DNA of 11,508 bases, taken from positions 1 through 11,508 of the forward strand of contig JBJCIZ010001532.1 in the NCBI GenBank assembly GCA_051294375.1, read 5' to 3'. Each line of letters opens with the position of its first letter. Position 1 is the first letter of the stretch. The DNA comes from Paraspadella gotoi (Eukaryota > Animalia > Chaetognatha). A program made the translations under genes and the position numbers. Below the pieces are notes generated by a model. It did no database searches. It had not been told where the DNA came from and saw nothing but the letters and a program-made list of their open reading frames with translations. Shown in pieces: positions 1 through 7,258 of this stretch.

Positions 1-540
1 TATGTAGAACAATAAAGATTGCAGGAGTAAAACTCAGTCAAATTTGAAAAAAAGAGAAGAGAGAAGAGGGCAAGTGGTGTCCTACGAACGCCTCTTTCTG
101 TAAACCATTGATTTCAACTGTAGGTAAAAATTACTACTTTTTAGTGTCTCGTTTGATTCTTTGAATCATTCTTGATTTTAAAAATCGACTTGGAATAGTT
201 ATCTCTGTGTCATTAAGCACAAGGCGCTGTTGCTTATTCTATTACTTCAAAATTCGCTACGACAAAAGTTCTTTCAGAGTTTTTGAACTAATTGAGTTTA
301 AAAATCTATTTCAACTATCGAGTTACGAAATCTACGTCAACTATTGGTTTAAAAAAATTGCAAATTTTTAAGCTTTTCGTGAGAAGAAATGGAGCGTAGA
401 CAGCATCAACAGTTTTTTTAAATATCTAATCTTCTCCTTTCTCTCTTTATTTCTTTCTCTTTCTTTCTCTCTCTCTCCTCCAACTTAACTGGGGTGGGGT
501 TACGCCTGGGGTCCGGGAACGCCGACAGAAAAGACAAAAG

Positions 541-558
541 GAGAGAGAGAGAGAGAGA
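541..558. repeat. (GA)9 microsatellite
   Basis: Direct reading: gagagagagagagagaga; a CT-rich tract also lies at ~431-480. Confidence 0.95.
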
Positions 559-904
559 AACTTCAACCTCGCGACGAATCTAACCGAATGTTACGATTCG
601 TTTGCCAGAATAGCGACGACATTTAAATTTGAACCACTCCTCGGACTTCACTTCCGTAAATGATGCCACCGTCGATTAAGAGTATCATCGGGACCGTGAG
701 TTTGCGGCGTCGACAACAACGACGACTGAGGAAAATATTAAGCCTTGCATCTTTCTCTCTTTTTAGTCGGATCTGCTTATCAGCAGATTCCGACTCTATA
801 ATTCACTTTGTCGGTCCGTCGATCCCACCCCTAAATCTTGTCGTTAAATCATTTTTATCACCTCAGAACATCATATTATGCTAAATTAAGCCCAAAAAAA
901 CGAT

Positions 905-930
905 GTCCGTCCGTCCGTTTGTCTGTCCGT
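905..930 (+). repeat. (GTCY)n microsatellite of the kind found inside DINE-1/HINE (Helentron-derived) elements
   Basis: gtccgtccgtccgtttgtctgtccgt seen directly. The link between GTCY tracts and DINE-1/HINE elements is established knowledge; element ends could not be delimited here. Confidence 0.7.
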
Positions 931-971
931 GAACAAAAAATTGAGGTAACTTGAGAAACAGTCTTTGGAAA

Positions 972-976
972 CTCTC

Positions 977-1019
<43 letters not shown>
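972..1019. repeat. (CT)n microsatellite
   Basis: Near-perfect CT run with one interruption. Confidence 0.95.
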
Positions 1020-1020
<1 letters not shown>

Positions 1021-1218
1021 ACTTAATGTTAAAAGAAAAACTTATTGTCAAAAACGCTTATGAAGACTAACTACAGGGTCTAAACATGTCCGACTAACAA
1101 ATTGTCTAATTATAATTCGTTGACAAACAATTCAAAACTGTTTTTCTCTAAATAATAATTTGAATAGTCGTCGCCGGTATTTCCATTGCGTTTTGGGCGC
1201 TCAAATGATTTGAACAAA

Positions 1219-1266
1219 GACGACGACAACGACGACGACGAATATAACAACGAAGACGACGACGAA
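1219..1266. repeat. imperfect (GAC/AAC)n trinucleotide repeat
   Basis: gacgacgacaacgacgacgacgaa...aacaacgaagacgacgacgaa. Confidence 0.85.
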
Positions 1267-1270
1267 GTCT

Positions 1271-1390
1271 TTGTACTTTGTGACCCGTAGTGGTCAGTAA
1301 GAATGACCGTTCGTATCCAAACAGAATGACCTTGTTATGGCTGTAAATATGTATTTGTTGTTGTTGTTATTTTTAACCTTTTTACTTTTT
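1271..1390 (+). repeat. dispersed repeat family R1, copy 1 (inverted homologue of 6247-6378)
   Basis: ttgtactttgtgacccgtag..tggtcagtaagaatgacc..tgtaaata..ttgttgttgt..tttacttttt aligns by eye with the reverse complement of 6247-6378 (ttgtactttgtgagccggtag..tggtcaataagaatgacc..tgtaaata..ttgttgttgt..tttacttttt). Confidence 0.85.
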
Positions 1391-1424
1391 ATTTTTGTTT
1401 ACTTTATAAAACTTTTTCACAACG

Positions 1425-1485
1425 TCTCTCTCTCTCTCTCTCTCTCTTTCTATCTGTCTCTCTTTCTTTCTTACTTTCTCTCTCC
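1425..1485. repeat. CT-rich microsatellite / polypyrimidine tract
   Basis: (CT)n followed by degenerate CT/CTTT; source of the SLSLSL in ORF 1337..1558. Confidence 0.9.
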
Positions 1486-1612
1486 TATTTTTTCCTTCTT
1501 TATTCCTTTTATTCTTTTTTTTCTTTGTTATTTATTTTTTGGTTTATGCTCCAAATAATTCGGTAACTCGCGATTTTTTTTTCGATTTTGGTTGCTTAGC
1601 AGATTTAGTAAA

Positions 1613-1656
1613 GTCGACAGATTTTGCGGAATAATTTTCCGCAAAATCGTGTCGAC
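1613..1656. other. long inverted repeat / hairpin (19 bp stem, one bulge, 5 nt loop)
   Basis: gtcgacagattttgcggaa - taatt - ttccgcaaaatc(g)tgtcgac. Confidence 0.9.
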
Positions 1657-2521
1657 ACGCGGAAAAAATGATTAAAAAATTGTCCTGATGCTTTAAGATA
1701 ACGCAAAATGATGCGGTTTTTTAAGATTTAACAAGAATAATAACTAGTCCAACTAATAAAACTATAAAAACAAATAAATCTGAAGTCGAAATGAAAAATA
1801 AACTACAATCACAAAAAATCACAAATTCAAAGACATCTTAAAAAAAATTTTGTAAGAAAACGCATGAAGCTTATTTATTTATATTAGAGATATAATTTGC
1901 TTATCATGTGGGAAATATTTTTCATTAGTTTCAATTAATTTAAAGAATGTTCAGTTAGTTTAAAATGATGAAATGAAAAAATGCCATTTTTTGACTAACG
2001 ATTTAAAAAAAATCATTGCAGACAAATGGTGAATAATTAACAAAAATGCTTCTACCCCATTAGAAAGAATATGAAGGCAAACCCAAAAGCGAAGTAAAAA
2101 ATTTTTCTTTTTCTATCTTCACCTTGAAAATTAGTGCCAAAACTGAAAATGGACAAAAATGGACAGGATTTTTGAAGATAAAAATGGCTTAAAAACTAAC
2201 TTTACTGTATCAAATTTATATGGGAATGGTTTTATTTACTCGATTCTTGGGCACTCTTTGTGATTTAGTCCAAAGAATTAAAAATTTATCATTCATATTT
2301 AAAGACAAGAATCAGGAGATTCAGTTATTTCTGTGACAAAAGCGCATTTTGTAGACACTGCCTAGCAAATTTAGAAAAACGAATTTCGTTTTTCGGCGAG
2401 GCCATCTGTAAAATAAAACTTTCGGAAATGACATAGCAATAAATAGAGATGTGAACAAAGAGTTTCTAGATCTTTGAGGGACGAGTATTTGTCATTTATT
2501 ACTTTCTTTCGTCAGACGAAC

Positions 2522-3191
2522 TCAAACTGGTGAATTTAGATCGCCGCTAAAGCATTTTTCCAAAATTCTCGGTCCGCACAGCAGCGCGCCGCACAGTGCG
2601 TTCGCGTTGCTAAGCACCCTTTCTTTAAACGCCAGGCCTCCAGCACGCTCGTCACTTGGTCTCGTCGTCAAGGAGCAGCTGGCCGACCCGAAGATCCGAG
2701 AATGGGGAAATTACGATGTCAGTGGCGTTGAAGGTAGATTGGTCCTTGGCACACTGCCAAGACGATTGTGTATATGTCATGGATCGAATTTTGCCTTCGG
2801 AGGGGAGCGAGAAGGCAGGAGGCCGTCAACGCGCTTCAACCCCGCAGATCGACGAAGGAGACGACCAACGAATGAGGCGAATCTTTTCCAAGCAGATCCC
2901 AGAACCGCAAAAAGTGTTAAATACAATTAGCGAAAGAGGGCGATTCGCTGTCGATGATACGACATTGTAGATTCGAGGATGCATCTGCCGCAAATCAGCT
3001 GAAAAAGTTTCCAAACAGCGAAAGCGAAAGCCAGTTTCTCTTAGCATCCACGAATCAGCGGAGAAATGGGCCGGTGGAAAACGGAGAACGACGAGACAAG
3101 CAACGCCGGAATCTCTGGCGATCAACCAGAGATCTTTGGTTTCCATGGGACCAATAGTTTGTAATTGGCCCGTGGATCCTCCGGCATCCAA
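2522..3191 (-). pseudogene. disrupted (or mis-sequenced) putative SAM-dependent Rossmann-fold amino-methyltransferase coding sequence
   Basis: Island of roughly 50% GC in an AT-rich background. ORF 2826..3191 contains IVFNTFCGSG (2927-2898, motif I FxGxG-like) and ICGVE (2849-2835, motif II-like). The same frame past TGA 2828-2826 reads RPPAFSLPSEGKIRSMTYTQSSWQCAKDQSTFNATDIVISPF (DIVISPF 2720-2700, motif IV-like but one Pro short). After a frameshift near 2655 it reads DERAGGLAFKERVLSNANALCGALLCGPRILEKC to a stop at 2524-2522. Family call is by motif recognition only. It may extend to the ATG at 3307 via another frameshift. Confidence 0.4.
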
Positions 3192-3473
3192 TAGAAAAAT
3201 TCAGTCGTATCTGAACCAAATCCATCATCACACATTTTTCCCGTGAGAGAGGCCCTAATTAGCAATATCAGTGACGCATCTCCATTTCGTCCACCAAGGA
3301 AATTCATGGAGTTTTCTAGAAATTCGATGTTAAAAATCGGGAAAAACGCGAGTTTTGACCCGAATTTACTTGAAAGGACGATTAGTCAAATCCCGTCCAA
3401 CAGAAATAACTCGTAAAAAGTCATGACCAAACAGTGAAACGAAATTGCGGCGATTGAATGAGAATAATACTCG

Positions 3474-4750
3474 AGTTAAAACATAGTAAAAAACCGATGA
3501 TAGTTACTTTGGAAAAATGATAGTTTAAAAGGAAACGATTTATGAAGTATCTGATATTTAAAAAATGATTAATTAAAAGTAAAAACACGGAATGATAGTT
3601 ATTTGGAGAAATGATATTTAAAAAAAGTGAATAAAGAAACCATTTTAGAGTTGATATTTAAAAAATGATGATATAGTTAAAAGTAAAGATATAGGTTATT
3701 AAAAAAGATTATTTAAAGGAAACCATTTAGGAGTTGCACCATGATATTTAAAAATAGATGATAGTTTAAAAGTAAAAACCGACTGATAGTTATTTTTGGA
3801 AAAATGATATTCTAAAAAAAATCGGACAATTAGTAGTTGATGAATTTAAAAAATGATGATATAGGTTAAAAAGTAAAAAACGGAATGAGTTATATTGTAA
3901 AAATGATATTAAAAGGAAACCGATTAGAGAGTAATGATATTAAAAATGAGATATATTAAAAGTAAAACTATGGATTGATAAGTTATTTGGAAAAATATAT
4001 TATAAAAAAAAATACTTTAAAAGGAAACGATTAGGTAGTTGATGATATTTAAAAAATGATGATAGTAAGTAAATACAACTAGATGATAGTATTTGGAAAA
4101 ATGATATTAAAGGAAACCGATTTAGATTTAATATTTAAAAAATGATGATCGCATTTTAAATAATGTGATAGTATATGAATATATTAAAAGAATGATTGTT
4201 ACTATATTTAAAAAAAGAATAGTAAAACCGATTGATAGAGTTTTGGAGAATGATATTGTTAAAAAAAGGATGATATGATTAACTAAAGTATATTAAAAAA
4301 ACACGATGATAGTTTTATGAAAATGATATTTAAAAAGGAAACCGATTTAGGAGGTTAATGATATTTAAAAAATGAGAATATTTAAAAGTAAAAAGTGATA
4401 GTTATTGAAAATGAATAAAATGATATTTAAACAGGACAGATTAAGAGTTGATGATATTTAAAAAATGATGATATGTTAAAAGTAAAACACGATATAGTTT
4501 ATTGGAGAAACTGATATTTAAAAGTAAACCGATTTAGGTAGGTAGATGATATTTAAAAAAAAATGATGATATTCTAGAAAGTAAAACACGGATGATAGTT
4601 ATTTGAGAAATGATATTAAAAAAAAGATATATTGAAAAGGAAAACTGATTTAGTGAGTTGACTGATATTTAAAAATGATGATATTTTAAAAGTAAAACAC
4701 GGATGATAGTTTATTGAGAAATGATAATTAAAAGGAAACCGATTTAGGAG
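3474..4750 (+). repeat. satellite tandem array, left part (~13 monomers, ~93 bp consensus)
   Basis: Monomer approximately aaaccgatttaggagttactgatatttaaaaaatgatgatatttaaaagtaaaaacacggatgatagttatttggaaaaatgatatttaaaagg; noisier than the right part; left boundary approximate. Confidence 0.95.
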
Positions 4751-5139
4751 CCAGAGATGTGGAAGCGATCGAATTTTTCCGCCGCGCCAATCCGGCGCTT
4801 CCAAGACCCCTCCGCCCGTTTCGGGTGCAATCCTTACTTTTTTTAGCCCGGATCGCTTCGGTTCGAAGTGCAGCATCGCTTCCTTTCTTGTAGAAATTTT
4901 TACAATTTGTTATTAATTTATAAAAATACTCTTTTAGACAATAATTCATTGGTAAAATAATTTTAAACAATCTTTTTGGTAACAAATAACAAGTGAATTT
5001 TTACTATGAAAAATTGTAAGTATTGTAAGATTGTAAGAATCCGTTCGAGTGGAAATGAGTTTAAATTGAAAAAAAAAAACAAAAAACCTTTTTCCCTATT
5101 GCTTTTTCTTTTTTTTATTAAATATAAATATAGCTGCAT

Positions 5140-5360
5140 AATTATTCAATAATCAATTAATTATCAATCAATTAATTAACTAAACAACTAATTCAAATCA
5201 AAACACTTAATAAAATACAATGAATCAATTTTTTATCAATCAATCATTAAATAATCCAATTTAATTATCCATCAATCTATTAATAAAATTTATTTACAAT
5301 AAATTATTAAAAGAACGCAATTAATAAATTATCAATTAATTAATCAATCAATTAAACAAT
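5140..5360. repeat. low-complexity (AATT/AATC) tract inside the transposon
   Basis: aatcaattaattatcaatcaattaattaac... repeated irregularly. Confidence 0.75.
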
Positions 5361-5410
5361 GTCAGTATTTATGCAATTGTCATCTCGCAACATCGTTGTT
5401 GCTTTTGTCC

Positions 5411-5426
5411 TGTCAGTGCACTGACA
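5411..5426. other. perfect 16 bp palindrome
   Basis: tgtcagtgcactgaca equals its own reverse complement. Confidence 0.9.
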
Positions 5427-6246
5427 AAAAGACCTAAAAGATTAAACAGGCTGATAGAATTTATTTATTTGATCAAATCATCATTCAATTAATCATGATG
5501 GTGCATCCTCGGCGTCATCATAATCATCATCAGGGTAGTCATTTCTTTTGTCAATAATGAAAAGAAACAAAAAAACAAACGTTGAACTAACAATGCCAGA
5601 ACTGATCAGTTAATTATTATTAATCAATTAATCAAAATATTCCAAGTCAATGCAATCAAAAAAATTAAAGCAATCAATCAATTTGTCATCGTCGGTATTA
5701 TCATTGGTCGTGGTTGCCATCATTAATTATTTAATCAATTAAAACTCCTTTAATCTTTGTTGGACATTTTGCAAAAATGTATCTTTATTATTTATTTTAT
5801 TCCCTGTTGTTTGTTTCTCTCTCTCTCTTCTCTCCATCACTCTCTCTCTCTTTAAAACAAGTTTCACTTCTTTTACCCTCAACTCAATCTGCACTTAACC
5901 TTTCAACATGTCCTCAACATCATGACCCATATTCTGTCTCACCACTTTGTTGGAAAAACTTTTTACCTCTCTCTTCTTTTCTCTCTCTCTCACAAAACTC
6001 TTCTTTTAACAACAAATTTATTATTGAATGTCATATGCTGATGAAGCTTGAAGTAACAAGCCCGAAACCATGTCCATATTAAATTAAAAATCGTTGTTAC
6101 AAATTCAAAATTCTTTGCTTTCTCTAAATTAATTAATTTGAAAATATTTTATAATGTTTGCGGTGACTCAAATCATAAAATTTATAAAAAAATTTGGGCG
6201 TGTTTTTTTTGTTTGATAAAGAAAACCTGGTAATTGTCAAAACAGT

Positions 6247-6378
6247 AAAAAAGTAAAAAATGATAAAAATAATACAACAACAACTAAGTATTTACATTGG
6301 CTGAGGAAGGTCATCCATAGTAAGATATAAAGGTCATTCTTATTGACCACATCTGTACTACCGGCTCACAAAGTACAA
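6247..6378 (-). repeat. dispersed repeat family R1, copy 2 (inside the hAT element)
   Basis: Reverse complement aligns with 1271-1390; retains the ggtca-N7-tgacc hairpin. Confidence 0.85.
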
Positions 6379-6419
6379 GTAATATTTTTAATTAAGTAAT
6401 AGTAATAAAAAAAGACATA

Positions 6420-6505
6420 ATTATAATTTTAATTTTTATTCAATTAATTAATCATTAATTACCGCTAATGATTTGGGCAGAACGCCCATTGTTTGCTCAA
6501 ACTTG
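6420..6505 (+). mobile_element. dispersed repeat family R2, copy 1; possible Helentron/HINE-like 3' end
   Basis: tgggc-agaac-gccca stem-loop, then ttgtttgctcaaa, then CTTGTT. 6487-6504 is an exact 18 bp reverse complement of 9750-9767 with further degenerate similarity. The family assignment is inference. Confidence 0.5.
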
Positions 6506-7258
6506 TTTATTAATAATTTTGATTTTATTTATTTTTAATATATTTTTTTTCTAATTGCTTTTTTCGGTTCGTGGCCGAGGGCGAAGAAGAAAGAAGATAG
6601 AGAGAGAGTGTGTGTTAGAGATTTTTAAAGTATTATACAAATATATCAAATTGCCATAAACAGAATCAATCTTTTGTTTACCTTGTTTGTAACGAAAAGG
6701 ATTATCGGTTTTAAAAAAAAGAGATAATTTAAAAAAAAATAAATAAAATATAAAGAATAAAATTTTTTAATTTATATTGATTAAAATTAAATTTAAAATT
6801 AAATTTCTTAATACAAGTTTTTTAGATAGAAAAAAATCTTTTTTTCATCTCAGATTTTATTTAAATATATTAAAAGAAAATAAATAAATATGTAATTTTT
6901 TCATAGATTCTCGACCAAGAGGAAAAAGAATAAAAAGAAAAAAAAATAAAAGAAGAGAATAAGAAAAATTGAATAAAAAAATTTGGAAGCAACATTTTTA
7001 AATGTTGAAAATAAATGATTAAAAACAAATTTTTAAAAGAAAAATCGAGACGGGGCTGCAAAGATTTTAATAACATTAAATATCTTTATCTATATATAAA
7101 AACAAATGACCAGGAGCGAACACGCAGGGTTATTATAGCTTCCGGGTTCAATCCTTTATTCTCATTTTTTCTATCGCTCGTCCGGTTTTCGGGTTCTCAA
7201 AAAATCGGCCGCTTCCAGTGAGTCAGATTACGCTTTCCGGATCGCGTCACATTCTCTG

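Larger units (their letters stand above)
4752..7258. mobile_element. non-autonomous hAT-superfamily (Ac/hobo/Hermes-like) DNA transposon inserted in the satellite
   Basis: Left TIR cagagatgtggaagcgatc (4752-4770); right TIR reverse complement cagagaatgtgacgcgatc (7258-7240). 8 bp direct repeat tttaggag at 4743-4750 and 7259-7266, with one extra C at 4751. GC-rich subterminal regions carry repeated cgcttc motifs. No transposase ORF inside. Confidence 0.88.

Noticed and set aside
78-402. Possible old MITE (tgtcctacgaacgcctctttct versus agaaatggagcgtagaca) with an internal ~26 bp duplication at 302-347
   Set aside because: The match is too short and gapped and there is no TSD.
660-884. 74 aa ORF in a moderately GC-rich patch
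   Set aside because: No recognisable domain, short, and includes simple-repeat-derived RRRQQRR.
860-1100. Direct similarity to 5910-6080 (cctca..acatcat, atgaag, catgtcc around a CT tract)
   Set aside because: Only scattered 6-7 bp words; cannot be distinguished from chance by eye.
1337-1558. Hydrophobic 73 aa ORF (likewise 5777..6082, 6870..7076, 10616..10945, 11139..11342)
   Set aside because: F/L/S-rich translations arise from T-rich and (CT)n tracts that lack stops; no coding signal.
2607-3246. Plus-strand ORFs 2607..2930, 2656..2970 and 2954..3157 as the real gene
   Set aside because: No recognisable motifs. The 2656 frame is the codon-aligned antisense of the motif-bearing minus frame, so it is probably a shadow ORF; not fully excluded.
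3268-3290. SDASPF resembling the Ty3/gypsy RNase H DAS motif
   Set aside because: The expected following G-h-G-A-V-L is absent and no RT or integrase is nearby.
4616-4985. Minus-strand ORFs 4616..4876 and 4728..4985, and ORF 7015..7221, as a transposase
   Set aside because: They are short, overlap terminal or subterminal sequence (two run across the TIR into satellite), and show no BED, DDE or hAT dimerisation motifs.
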